From Haliotis rufescens (Eukaryota): a DNA stretch of 64,000 bases. Below, piece after piece: positions 13,706 to 27,160 of this stretch. The translations under genes were made by a program, and so were the position numbers. The stretch's first letter is position 1, and the number at the start of each line of letters is the position of its first letter. Under the pieces are notes generated by a model. The model saw nothing but the letters and a program-made list of their open reading frames with translations, was not told where the DNA came from and did not search any database. The stretch covers positions 15,562,001 through 15,626,000 of the forward strand of contig NW_025964112.1 of the NCBI RefSeq assembly GCF_023055435.1, read 5' to 3'.

Positions 13706-14995
13706 TCCTCTATCACAGAAACTAATCATAGATTTACAGGGCTCCAGACATTTTTGTTAAAACCAGTGAGTATTTACTCACATGTCACGTTGATATTTTC
13801 ATAGTTTTCTTTGGGTATTCAATATATTTATACACCTTTGGATCAGTCTATTTATAAACCAATGAGTACACATTCTTAAAAAATAATTCTGCTTACAATG
13901 TTGTTTAGGCAACTTTTTATTTTATTCTCTTCAGGTGTTGCCCCATGTGTCATAGTGTGCATTAGCTCACAGCAGCGATACACGTCACGGCTACAATAAG
14001 TGATACGTAGACCTAGTGTGCACTATTCACTGCAGTGGAGTTTTATGAATATGTGATGCGTGCATTCAATCACTAAATATACGATATATCGCAAAGAACA
14101 ACTAGGAATGAATTGCGGTTTAATCACAATAAAACATTCTTCTATCATGACGTAATTTCTGGAGATTCGAACATGTGCTCGAAACTTGATGACGTCATAT
14201 ATTGGACGACGTTATTTTTAAGAGGGAAGTGTCTGGTGAGTTGTTCCCCATAGATTTAGCTTGGCAACGCAGATAAACGCAGTGGCGGAGAGTGGGAGAG
14301 ATATGACAATCAGTATTAGGAGAAAAGGTACAGGTAATCGATGTGAGGATTGTGAGAATGTGTGGGGATTACCAAACTTAACAATGGACTTGTCCAACAT
14401 AGCTGAGGTCGGACTCTATTCAGGGAGTCATCATTATCAAAATAGCGTGAATATTTATAAAGCTTGTACATTTCATTAACATTCTTAAAGGGGATGTACA
14501 AAATGTTGATATCTCATGTCAGAAATAAACAACTCCCACTCATCGTTTATCTGTTAAATATAGATGAGAAAAGATATTCTGGTTTGAAGCTTAGGAGAGA
14601 TGTAATACTACTGGGTTTTTCCAAATATTTCATGTGTAATTGTATGCTAGCATCTCAAATTAATTGATTATACTGATCTATTTTCCGTATTTGATTTTAT
14701 CACATGTTGTACTGATCCCGCACTAGTTAACTGTTTCATGTATCTGCAGTTTGACAAAAACATTTCGGACCAATTGCTTGTGTTTGGGAACTACTTTTGA
14801 ATCACCAACAGCTCAAGGATACAGCTGCCCCTTCACTGGAGATTTGCCACCCATGGAAAATATCATCAGCCCCAAATAACTTGCTGAAACAATTTCTTTA
14901 CATTGCTTGAACATTCTTCCCAAACCTTCCCCCTTCACGTTCCGTAACAATGAGTGTCATCGGTTGGGCAGGAGATGCTCTGATTGCCTCTAATA

Positions 14996-15110
14996 CCAGG
15001 ACCCACTTGCACAAAGCGATTTAAGCGCTACAACTATTGTAAGCCTATGTTAAAGCATGGGGGTTAGGATCATCTTAGCGCTAAGATCGCTTTGTGCAAG
15101 TGGGCCCTGG
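14996..15110. mobile_element. Palindromic ~110-bp MITE (family E, PIF/Harbinger-like)
   Basis: TIR GG(G/A)CCCACTTGCACAAAGCGAT / ATCGCTTTGTGCAAGTGGGCCC, flanked by CAG/CTG. Further copies or relatives at ~8315-8401, 18067-18175, 30961-31060, 37420-37613, 54533-54832 and 63170-63285. Confidence 0.8.
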
Positions 15111-18066
15111 TTTCTTCATTGTCATTACACAGCTTCATGCAAAAATATTATTTTCAAGTTATGTTTTTGTTACATTTTCATTTTCAGAAGTGAATGTTGT
15201 ACACTGCTGTCCCACAAAATAACCAGCTTTTTCAGTGGTTGATAGCATGAACAACAATCCATGATGCATGATCAGGGTGACATATGAAACACAATCTGCC
15301 AGGTAACCTAGGCCTCAATCCTCAATTCAGTCATCATAAAAAACATAGGGTGTGGGGAGTTATTATGAAACAATTTGCAGTGGGTTACTTTTGAAGAAAA
15401 TATTTTCATGAACATTTCTTTTCAAAATTTGCATTAAAATTAAACATGACAAGAGATATTTGTTTTTCAACATGGAGCAGTATATTAAAGCACACAGAGT
15501 AGAATATAAAAAGCAAAATTAACATGACACCAGGTAGTCTCAGAAATAAAAGCCTTTGAGCTGTCTCATAAAACTGAAGAGAAAAATTCAGATTTGTACA
15601 GACTTATTAAGCTAAAATGTCAGAATATGTATATGTATCCTGGCAAAAACATTCCCACACAATCAACATAACAAGTGAACAATTACCAAAAAACATTCAA
15701 GTCTCCTGATTAATGTAATCAGTACATTCGACATGTCTAAAAATACACTTCTGGGGGTAACGACACACTGCCATGTAACATCATCACGCTCTTTTCAATT
15801 ACATAACATCAATAACCAATCAATACCTCTATTTCCACAATCAGCTTGTACAATCCACTAAAACCTCGCATCCTACAGTGTTTGAAAATTAACTTAAAGA
15901 AGAAAATAATGCTGTCTCACAAGGTTCAAAGCCAAATTTCTTGGTGATTGATACAAATTATTTATTTATGTCCACAACTTTTTTTTACACTTAAGTCTCC
16001 ACACTGTGTGCCGGGGAGGGAACTCAATACATAGCTGTGGGTTTATCACTGTGAGTATGACACATGTAACAATTCACAGCTCGGAAAACATGGGCTGGGA
16101 GAATACACCCTTATATCGCGGACTTTGAGCAAGCGTCTAACAAGGGATAGGGTGACCGCGAAGAGAGCGGTCCGTGACATCCAGAACAAATGAGCTCGCC
16201 AATTAAGCTTTGTCGGAGTGCCGGCTAATTGTTGCTCGGTAAGCAGAGGAACGAATCGCATCCAGAACCCACAAAGGCAATATTCTCGGCTGCTTCTAAG
16301 CGTCCCTTCATCTTCGGTATCATCAGCAGCAACTGAGAGCTAGTCAGTCCTACACAGCCCAACGCTTGTTAACTGTCACCCCGATGGCCCTTACCTGTGC
16401 GGACTCACTGTTAGTTATTGTTCATTCTTTGTAAGAAAACCATCCTGCTGAAGTTTTGCTGGTCGTCCTTGCTGGTTTAGTGGTATGGTCGGACGATTTC
16501 TGTATGGTTGGACGACCCAAGTGGAGTTTTTTAACCTGTGACAGGTAAAGGGGATTTTATGGAAGGCGACTATCACTTGATATCTGGATGCTCCTTGTAG
16601 CGTCTCGCTTCTCAGGGAAATATACCTATGCGTTTTGGGACGGTGACGTTTAACACGAGGCTGACATTTTTACTGGTTTCTATGCCTAGATTAAAGAAAA
16701 TTAATACAAGTCTCATGTAACATGACTTCATTCTCAGATTTATTGAATACAATTCAACGTGGATTAATTTCCAAATTCGTAATTGTAGCGCAAGGGAGTT
16801 TTATTTACTCACAGTGGGGATTGGTAAAAATACGTTCAAGTGTGAAAAAAGTAAAAAAGTCGAGGTCCTTGACCTGATAGAGTTACCTCTGTGACCTCAA
16901 TGAAGCTATCCAATATTCAGAAACCTAATCTCAATTTCACATTATCATTCTCGAGTTTACAAAAAATGTCATCAGATGTATTCCGCCAAAATGTGATGTA
17001 TCATCTACTGATTTATAATACTAACTGAAAACTAATCCTTGTGTAAGAGATGGCCTCAATCTACTAAATCTAGGTTTCTGTTTCCAAAGTCCCTGCAAAA
17101 GTTTGTCTGTCAACAGCGACCTGTCAACATTGTTATCACAGATTGTACAGTATTACCTGTGACTCCAATAAGTCTCTCCCTGACACCAACACTAAGACTT
17201 TACAAGGCATTAACGTGTAGAGCTCTTCAAGTCTCACGATGCCTTCTTGGCAACAACCCATTTGGTCTACAGTGACTTTTTGAGGGGACATGTGGGATCT
17301 CTCACTGTGATATTATGCAGCGGTAGTTTTAATTTACTTGGATGCCTTGTGTTTATTTCTAAACAAAACCTTGGATTTCTGTGTTTTTTGTTGTAAACAT
17401 TTTGATTTCTTACATACTTTGTATTAAGAACCAATCAGAGTTAAGGAGTATTCTGAATGGATTAAGTTGTCTCCCTTGAATGGTTTTCTTTAATGGAAAC
17501 AAGAAGTCTGGTAAGAAGTTTTTCCTACTACAGCTGTAAATACTTCTTATTGTTATTATAAGTAAAGAATTATTATTAGTTTATTTTAATGTTATTCATT
17601 AACTCATACTGATAATCATGAAATTTCATTTCCTTGTGCCCATGAATTCCTGAAACTGAAGTCATACACTGCAAGGGAGCTCTTCTCAAAGAGACAGGTG
17701 CTTGACTCTATATGTGCAGTGGGAACTCTATTTACAATATTTGTTGAATCTATTTTTAAACAATAACTGTGCCAGGAGTGCCCTTTTTGAAATCTATTTT
17801 TTTTTATTGAGGGATCAATATGTTCATATATCATGGCATTAAGTTACACATCGACATGAACAATACATGTATTTAAGTCGGCGATGTTTGAGATAATGTG
17901 TTTACTCAGTCACCATTCATTCTACTGTAAGCTGTATATGATCCCTTTAAGAGAAACCATAGCTCTGGATATAAATGTTGTTACTCTTCACCTGAAATAC
18001 TGCTTTTTTAAACCTTTTTACAATCTGTGCACCCATCCCCAAAAGGTTTGTGATTCTGACTTTTGG

Positions 18067-18175
18067 CAGGGTGCTGTTGAATAAAGCGAGCTTAGCACTT
18101 AGGTGATCGTAACTCCCATACCTTAACATGGACTAAGTCGTAGCGCTAAGGTTGTTTTGTACAATGGCACCCTGG
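18067..18175. mobile_element. Family E MITE variant
   Basis: CAGGGTGC...GCACCCTG ends; shared core GATCGTAACTCCCATACCTTAACAT...GTCGTAGCGCTAAG. Confidence 0.75.
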
Positions 18176-18928
18176 TTAATAGGTGGGTTCTTCTTCATAA
18201 CAGAATATCAACAGTAAACACCACTAGTCTTAACCTCAGATATTAGGAAATCTCAATGAAAACAATAATTCTATTATTTAATGTTGTTATTATATCTTGA
18301 AAAAATTCCAGATCCAGATTGTCATATTTTTGGTGACCAAAATGGTTAAATTTACCTAAAATTGGTTCACTTGTTATAACATTCTTTTCACAGCAAAAAA
18401 TTTAAGGTGTCTGGATAAACAGAATTCAGCTGTAGAATATCAAATTGTGAAAAGTCAATTCAAGAATACAGTAAAATGGCATCTTTCATTTAATGGAAAC
18501 ATAAATGAAAGGAAAAAATATTAAAAATTTGGGTCTTGGCTTCTGGGTATTTGGAAAAAAATATAATTCCCAACTGTTAAGATAGTTGATTGTGAAGAGG
18601 ACTTCTGTTGAAAATCTGAGGACTTTATATGTGAAGAGGACTTCTGTTGAAATCTGAGGACTTTATAGTGTGATGACAAGCCAAATTACAAGATTTATGG
18701 CAGAGATGTAATAGATGTAGGATATTCGCAGGAATTATATAAACCATGACATATCCCAGTTCCATCAATGATAGATGTTCGAATCCGACATGAGACTCAA
18801 ACCAATAAGTACTAGAATGTGTACTTTACTAAGAAAGTGTAATCCCGAATATGACATTTGTTACATTTGACCACTTTCTAAATGGCATTGTGTATTTATC
18901 AATGATAGAGTCAATCTGTGTGGCAACA

Positions 18929-19229
18929 CCTGTGAAGATCCAGGTTAGAATAGGTCTTCAGCAACCTATTCATGCTGTAAAAGGGTGACTTTGCTTGTTG
19001 TAAGAGGTGACTAACGGGATTGGGTGGTCAGACTTGCTGATTTGGTTGATGCATATCACTGTATCCCAATTGCGTGGATCGATGCTCATGATATCAATCA
19101 CTTGACTGTCTGGTTCAGACGTGATTATTTACAGACCACCATCATACAGCTGGAATATTGCTAAGTGCAGCATTAAACAACAAACAAACAAACAAACAAA
19201 CAAACAAACAAACAAACAAACAAACAAAC
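18929..19229 (+). mobile_element. Family A copy, full length, long (CAAA)n tail
   Basis: Starts CCTGTGAAGATCCAGGTTAGAATAGGTCTTCAGC; duplicated module; most CpGs decayed. Confidence 0.9.
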
Positions 19230-19760
19230 TGTGGGGCAGCTGAATGTGGTAATAGTGTCTACACCATTTCCTATACCACAACCCTACCATACTTAGACTC
19301 CACCTAAACTCTACCAATCTACTACTGGTTCAACTGTAACAGAGTAATATCAGGTAATTCACTAATCTGGTCTAACCATTGAACCATTTACGACTCAAGA
19401 GTTAAGAACAGACGGATAGTTAACCCACTGGACCTTGGAGACTTCTGGTTGCAGGAATCGTGGGACACATATGTTTATCGTCAAGATATCAGGATATCAT
19501 ATTGGCTTGGGACTAAAGCTGTTGCACAATGCACTTCTGATATAATTACGCAGATAGTGTATAGCTGGGAAGCACTTACTTGGAAGATGACTGTCAAATA
19601 CCCAGGACGTGTAACTTCAGGGATATTCAGAGGATCTGAAAATAGTTCCATATCGTTGTATCATGGTGCAACACTGTGGATTAATATTTAACATCAATCA
19701 GCATCGGTGAGTGCATGTATGTCAATGTCAAGTTGTGTTCATTATTTATCGTTGATGTTA

Positions 19761-20066
19761 CCGTATTCGACGTAATTAACGCCCAGGGCGCTCTCAAAAT
19801 TAGAAATAGGGGGCTCTTATTGGAATATTATTTTGGTGAAAAAAACAGTTGAAAGATCGTAAATTCGTGGTTTATGCTGACAGCCTGAAATGTATATATA
19901 CGACAGATATATTTTTCCAGAATTTAATTGCCCATAATTAAGGGTGTATATAACACACGAGTGCATATCATACATGAATAAATAAGTCTTGTGTACATTG
20001 ATCAATCGGAAGGGGTGCTGATTGGGATTGTTCACTAGCCAATATATTAGCAAATATCACTGTGGT
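19761..20066 (+). mobile_element. Tc1/mariner-pogo-type MITE (family P), right TIR missing
   Basis: TA + CCGTATTCGACGTAAT...; internal sequence collinear with 22767-23101 and 23645-23995. Confidence 0.8.
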
Positions 20067-22309
20067 AATTATTTCATAAGCGTTGGTTTAAGTAATCCTA
20101 TGATATAAATTTAATGTAAAATGGACAGATTACATTTGGTAATTTATCGAAAATCTTTCCATAAGAAAATAAGTTGACCTTTTCTTGACTAACTACATTA
20201 ATTCTAAATTGACAAAACCTTTCTCACAGTCAGACAACTGAAATATCAGGAAAGGTTCTCGGAACATGCTGCCAACGATAAAGCTGTTTAAATCATGACA
20301 GATTTTCATCACAAACCAGGCATACATGTCGGATGTGTATTGAAAGATGTATCCTTGAATGTAGTGCACACGATTTTTTAAAGAAAAAATGAAAATGGAT
20401 CCTTTTTATATGGTGCAGCCAATTAAAATCCTACAGGTGTGGATTTTTAAAAAAAAAATGGTTAATTGCAGTGCACTTGAAGATTGGTTGAAGTGCGTTG
20501 ACACAAGAGCGTAACATGGAGTATTGCGAAGACATTCTTTTGCCAAGCACTTGAGACACGTCGTTGAGGACAGCATGAATGATGTGTAAAATTCTATTGA
20601 ATATTCGCCACAAAACTGTCCGGTCACCAATTCATATTTTTCCCTAATGATTAGGCAATCTTGAAAATGTTACACTCGTAAAGGACACATGTATATTTAC
20701 TAAGTTGTTCACGAAAGCAAAATAACTCAATGCGAGATATTGACAAAAGACGTACAAATACTTCAATATGGGCATAATGTTTATTGGGCGAGAATTCTAT
20801 CCAGGTATTTTACGAGGGTCCAATGTGTTTATAATGATGCTAGCTTGTTACATGGATGATTGCCGCTGAATGGCCGAACAGCGGAGGTGAGACGCTTCCC
20901 AAAGAACCCGACAAGGACTCAATAGACCCGTCAGACTCTCAATAAATACTGTCAATCAACCCACCAAGCAGAAAAGAAACACCTCAAATAGTCTAATAGA
21001 GGCATGGGGCTATTTATGCTTGTGAAGAGGGAGCAAAATACTTCAGGAAAACCACTATTATACTATATGGGTTATGTCTGAATGGAGGACTATTTAGGCT
21101 GTGAGTTCTGGAGCTAGCGTTGGATGGAGGCCCTTGTATTTGAGGGTTATTTACTCTTGATGTGGGCTCTACAATGGCTGTTCGTCAAAGATGAATTTAT
21201 CATGGTGAAGCCTAAGGATTAGCGAATGTGATACTTGGATAAGCTTGTGATTTCTTGTGGATTATCGTTGTATGTTATGGATATCAAGGAGTTGAATCAA
21301 GGTTTGTATACGATACATATCAGATTCATTTACTGGATGGTTCGGTGGTGGCTGAAATGCATGTTTCGCTTGATTTCATGGATTTCATGAACATCTTGAA
21401 GATGATATGAAACATCATTGCCAGAGAGTAATCAGTGTTTCATTGAGTTTCATTGGGTGTAGGAGGCAAAAGTGGTGAAAGCACAGTTGAATGAGGAAGT
21501 TTCAAATATGTATTTATGGAGTAGAGTGTTGAAAATATGATAGGCTATAAATGTGAACTTGATGCATGTATATAACATGTATAAGGTAACTCTGACAACA
21601 ATCATTTCTCGCTCCATAAAGATTCTTTCTCCCTCTTTCTTTCTACATTTCGTTCTTTCTCTCGCCATCTTTCTCTTGCCGTCTGCTTCCTCTCCAGCCC
21701 TCTCTCCATCTTTTTTCTCACCTCTCTTTCTCATCTCTCCTTCCTAATTAATTCTCTTACCATCTCCCTCCAACCCTGCTCAGTTTCTTACACTGATGCT
21801 GCCATTTTGAATCAGAACATATTCTTATCAGTGTTACGTTCACTTTTGACATGTCACATGCCATGATATATCTATATATGAGATGTTATCGAATATGTCA
21901 AGGACGACATCTTCACGTTTCAAATACATGAGACAAGCATTCTATTTCAGTGTGTTTTGCTACATATCCAAATATCTATTCCACGTTTTGTTACTGGACA
22001 TAGTTGACAAGCAAAACCGCAAATTATCACAATGTATTAGGTCATAACACAGAGGCATGCTCACTCACAGTGTGCAACATTGTTAACCTGGTCTATTGAT
22101 CAATGTGCATTCAAATTACATTCTCAGCTTCCTGGGGAGAGTGCAACACAAGCAGCTTCAGCGTTGTGTTCTGATAGCTGACCCACGTAAACAGAAGAAC
22201 CGATATCAACGTGATGCTGACAATTGCTCACAGTATTAATACCCATATATTTGTCCCTTAACCTACCCAGGTATCATATAAACAAACTATGTCTGAAGGC
22301 ATTACATGT

Positions 22310-22439
22310 TGGTATTGATGCTCATGATATCAATCACTGGATTGTCTGGTCCAGACTTGATTATTTACAGACCGCCGTCATATAGCTGGAATATTGCTGA
22401 GTGCGGCGTTAGACAAACAAACAAACAAACAAACAAACA
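22310..22439 (+). mobile_element. Family A 3' half
   Basis: GATGCTCATGATATCAATCACTGG...GAGTGCGGCGTT plus (CAAA)n. Confidence 0.85.
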
Positions 22440-22766
22440 TGTTGGTATTGTATAAAAACAATATCCATTTAGATCAAGTACTGCCATATTTTGACACATC
22501 AAGCATGCGGGATGCCATGATTCCTGATATATCAATGCACTCAAAACTTACAGCAGATATGATACATGATATGTTGGCAGAGGTATCAATTCATGCTCTA
22601 AAGCTGTAACCATTTTTATAACATAATATTTGTGAAGTTTGGCCTGATCACCGATTGGGCCCGCATTTCATTTCTGCCTATAACAGTATGTATCATATAT
22701 ATAACTATGTTTATATTATGAATATAACTATATATAAACATATATAACTACAAGTATATATGCCGA

Positions 22767-23101
22767 CCGATATTCGACTTAATAAGCGCCAAGGGCGCTC
22801 TCAAAATTAGAAATAGGGGGCTCTTACTAGAATATTATTTTGAGTTGAAAGATCGTAAATTTCGTGGTTTATGCTGACAGCCTGAAATGTTTAAATACGA
22901 CAGATATATTTTTCCAGAATTTAATTTCCCATAATTAAGGGTGCATATAACATACGAGTGTGTATTATACACAAATAAATAAGTCTTGTGTACATTAATC
23001 AATTGAAAGGGGTGCTAATTGAGATTGTTCACTAGCCAATATATTAACAAATATCGCCGTGGGCGCTTATTAGAGCAGGGCGCTTATTACGTTGAATATG
23101 G
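22767..23101 (+). mobile_element. Family P MITE, complete
   Basis: Imperfect TIRs, 3' end GGGCGCTTATTACGTTGAATATGG|TA. Confidence 0.85.
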
Positions 23102-23644
23102 TAACTATATATTACTCTCTCTCTATAACAGTGTAGATTTAAGGTGTATATATATATATATAAAAAACAGTGTAGATTTAAGATATATATATATATATAT
23201 ATAAGCCTCCCTCTCTCTCTCTCTTCTCTCTCTCTAAACAGTGTAGATTTAAGATATATATATACAATATATTGTATACCGTACATTGCATACCGTATAC
23301 GGTATGTTATTATCACACTAAATGGAGTAATTCCAACATACTCCGACAAATGAAGTTAACATGCTTTGGAATTCCTTGTATTAACACACCAAAGACATAA
23401 TTCAGACATTAATGCATAATTAAAATAGGTTTCCGGTGCATGAAGATCACATTTAGAAATCATATTTCTTATCGAAACTGATTCTTTTATGAAGTCAGTG
23501 AAAAATGTAGTTTCATACAAATAATCTCGACAAGCACATTAATGAACGTTTAAATATGCTTAATGGACAGTATGTCACAAAATTCCCCAAATGGTAAGGA
23601 TGAATTTCATTTTAACAGAAGGGAACAAACTTATTTCTTTATTA

Positions 23645-23995
23645 CCGTATTCGACGTAATAAGCACCCTGCTCTAATAAGCACCCACAGTGATATTTGCT
23701 ACATATTGGCAAGTGAACAATCCCAATTGGTACCCCTTCCCATTGATCAATGTACACAAGACTTATTTATTCATGTATTATACGCACACATTTGTAATAT
23801 GCACCCTTAATAACGGGCAGTTAAATTCTGGAAAAATATATCTGTCGTGTATAATAAGCACAGACTTTTCTTTTGTATCATTTCAGGTACATGAACCCAG
23901 AAATTTATGATTTTTTCCACTAAAATTATATTCTAATGAGAGCCCCCTAGTTATAATTTTGAGAGTGCCCTGGGCGCTTATTACGTCGAATACGG
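23645..23995 (-). mobile_element. Family P MITE, complete, inverted relative to previous copy
   Basis: 24-bp TIR CCGTATTCGACGTAATAAGC(A/G)CCC at both ends, TA target duplication. Confidence 0.9.
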
Positions 23996-25444
23996 TATTT
24001 GGCAATGGTGAAATATTCAGTAAGATCAAAAGTAATGTTATTATACATATTTATACCACAGATATCCAAGTACTAGCATCTGCTCAAAGGCAGTTTTATT
24101 TGTAGATCTGTTTGCATTCCAGTATCATTCTCAACTCCCTGGGGAGTATACAATCCAAGCTGCCTACAAGCGCTAAAAGGTTTTTACATCCACATCACAT
24201 ATCGGATACACTTAAGTTCCAAAGGGCACATCTAAACATCTCTTTGAGTGCCTCATGGCACACTTGAAATTGACATTTTGGGTCCTAATCCTGTATCAAT
24301 TTTCAGAATAATCACATCAGTCTTCAAACAGTAAATCAGATAATCATACACAAGTGATCCTCGTACATTTAATCATCAGCTAAATCAGGAAAATCCTAAA
24401 ACTGTTTCCTTCTTTCACAATATCAAATTAAAAAAAGGTAAAAAAAATTCAAACCCGCAGTAACACATGTTCTGAATTGAGTTGGATATGGATGAGCGCT
24501 CGGCAAACCTGCGGAACATTTTATGTTCTGTTAAAACCTAAACACAAATACTTCAAGCTTTATTTGTAACGGATCATCAATTAATGGTTTATTCAATGAC
24601 TGCAAGTGCTTTATTGGCCATGTGAGACAAGTTTACGATCCTTGGTCACTGTTTAAAGCTTGTGTATTACTCCATGAGCACGGAGCCAGCAAAACTTCCA
24701 ATAAATCACTAGCTTCCGTTGTGATGACTATAAAAGGGTTGCGAAATGGGCCTGCATGATCAACTTGAGGTTAACACATGGGTTTTGTATACATCTTAAC
24801 AGACAACTTGCAGAAAAAATAAACACTGGAAAAAATGAGTTATGGCTTTCAAATAAAAAGGCTCTATCATTTTTTGGTGAACTATAAATAGATCGAAACA
24901 CAAGCACCCTGATGGAAAATGGCTACGTGATGTTACATATGTTTAGAGATAGGCTGTGGGCTTGTGTTTATTTTCAGGATTTCTTTAACAGAAGTGCTAT
25001 TACTGATAATCTTAAATCTTCTAAGGCATATGTTTCATTTGTCACAGTCATATTACAAATTAATTACTAGACTTTCAAAATCTACATGAAAACAACAGAC
25101 TTAAAAAATCCAAAATTTGAAACTGCATCCCTAATTTTCTTCTTATAGCAAGGATGACCTGTTATGTTTTACTTTGAAATGTCATTTAGACCAGTTCATA
25201 ATTTTACTTTTGTAAGAGGTAAGGAAATGCTAACAACTCAATTTGGAACTTCAATGTTCAAAATAAAGAACAAAAGTCGAGTCCCTCATATTGAATATTA
25301 AAGATTAAAATCAGTCCCGAGATTGAAATAGTAAATCAAAAATCAATGACCAAAGAATATTAATTTTAGATCCAAAATTTGCTATTCATTAAAAAATAGC
25401 TGTCACTACTCGGGGCTAAGAATTTAAACTTTGGATCAACTTAC

Positions 25445-25498
25445 CTGACAGAATTACACACAGAAGTTGATTATTCTTTACGGTAGCTTTCCATTTGT
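25445..25498 (-). other. Candidate 54-nt exon
   Basis: Acceptor ATTTTGTTATTTAG| and donor CAG|GTAAGT; one frame is open (xKWKATVKNNQLLCVILS, phase 1-1). No homology recognised. Confidence 0.25.
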
Positions 25499-26507
25499 CT
25501 AAATAACAAAATAACTTTAGGGATTAAGCTGGGTCTATCCACTGTTGAGAGTGGGGGCTTCAGTAATGCATACAAGGGCTCCCTGGCATGAACAGGAGGG
25601 TTATTGACGAAAGACCTGCAGTACGCTTCACTTTCCAAGGACTTTACTGATGTAGTCATAACTATTAATTATTCAATTAGTCATTTATTAAGGCATAAAA
25701 GCCTTAAGCCTAATATGACTTGTAATTTTTACGTTAGATTTAAGAAAATAAACCTCTGACACGTTGAACTTTGAAATGTTTTGCCGATCCTTGCATTAAA
25801 ATCCTGTAAAGTTATATCACTGGGTGTGTCTTGACCGAATCACTGGTAGATTCCAAGAAAATGTGTGAGAGGGGTGCGCACTATACTCAAGAAAGTACGG
25901 TATATTTCTCACCAGAATACAAAATATCTGTTATATGTAGAATAGAAATTGTCACTTACATGTAAAAGGAAATCTACAATTTTGATAAACTTAATGATTC
26001 AAAAAGCCTCACTTCTTTGAATCCTACATGACTCGCAATGAATAGTATTCTCCATTCTCAAATTGTAAGTGAAATGAATGAATCCTTTGTGTCTGGTGAC
26101 ACCCTGTTAATGTACATTACAGGCGACCTTGATACACCAATTTCAATATTTGATAACCTAGTTTACTATACATGGGCTTTCTACGTTAAATATTTGACAA
26201 TCAAATATTTCGTCATGTGTACAGTTCCTCGTCAGTCAACAGAGGATAGTGATGATACACAGCTGTCTGATTAATCACTCTTTTATCCCAGTTTTCTTAA
26301 AGTATATTTGGGTAGTCAAGTGGTTAAAGTGTTCACTTGTCCTGCCAAAGACCCAGGATTGATTCCTCATAGGGGCATCAGGGTTTTACCTTGTCTTACA
26401 ACAGTGGGGGTCCAGGGGACCTCCAATATTTAATTTTAAGGGTCCTTGCAGGTAAATGAGGCGCCTGTACAGTGATGATACGCTGTAGTGTACTGTATGT
26501 GTAGGAG

Positions 26508-27160
26508 AAACCATGTCTTCGAGGGATTACTAGAGATTGTAAACCCTCACATGAGGGACGTTCCCGAATGTGAGGGTTTACAATCTCGAGTTGTTTGTTT
26601 TTGGGTTTTTTGTTTAACGCTGCACTCAGCAATATTCCAGCTATATGATGGCCGTCTGTAAATAATCGAGTCTGGACCAGACAATCCAGTGATTGACAGC
26701 ATGAACATCGATCCACGCAATTGGGAGCGATGACATGTATCAACCAAGTCAGCGAGCCTGACCACCCGATCCCGTTAGTCGCCTTTTACAGCAAGCATAG
26801 TCGCCTTTTACGGCAAGTATGGATTACAATCTCTAGTAATCTCGTGGAGACATGGTTTGTCCAACTTATAAACCGACTCATCGCATAGACAACGTTCTTA
26901 ATTAAATAACCGTAATAAAATCTCTCAAATGTATAACCTGTATCGGAGATGAAATATCGCCTGCAGTCATGAACTCGGTTCAATGAAACCGGTGACCTCA
27001 GCACGTGTTTCGCAACGGTGCGAAATCTGCACGTGCGTCTCGCAATGGCACGAAATCTGCACGTGCATCTCGTAGGCTCTTCCTAGTTTTTGTTCTATCA
27101 AGGGTTTACAATGATTGTAAGCCCTACTGCGAGGTGTTACAATCGTTGTAATACCTCCTA
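26508..27160. mobile_element. Hairpin-rich non-autonomous DNA element (possibly Crypton-like), interrupted by a family A copy
   Basis: ~45-bp inverted repeat (26508-26552 vs 26568-26590 plus 26837-26858) and two short palindromes at 27101-27125 and 27132-27156, all built on AGGGTTTACAAT. Classification is inference. Confidence 0.45.
26592..26820 (-). mobile_element. Family A copy, 5'-truncated, duplicated-module subfamily
   Basis: Consensus match; 17-bp TSD GG(T/A)TTACAATCTC(G/T)AGT at 26575-26591 / 26821-26837. Confidence 0.9.

Noticed and set aside
18591-18667. Short direct duplications (also 23127-23260, 35373-35412, 46832-46915)
   Set aside because: Ordinary slippage duplications with no further structure.
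20067-21540. Transposase or LINE coding sequence following the truncated family P MITE
   Set aside because: No DDE or RT motif could be read; 21000-21520 has LINE-like strand bias only.
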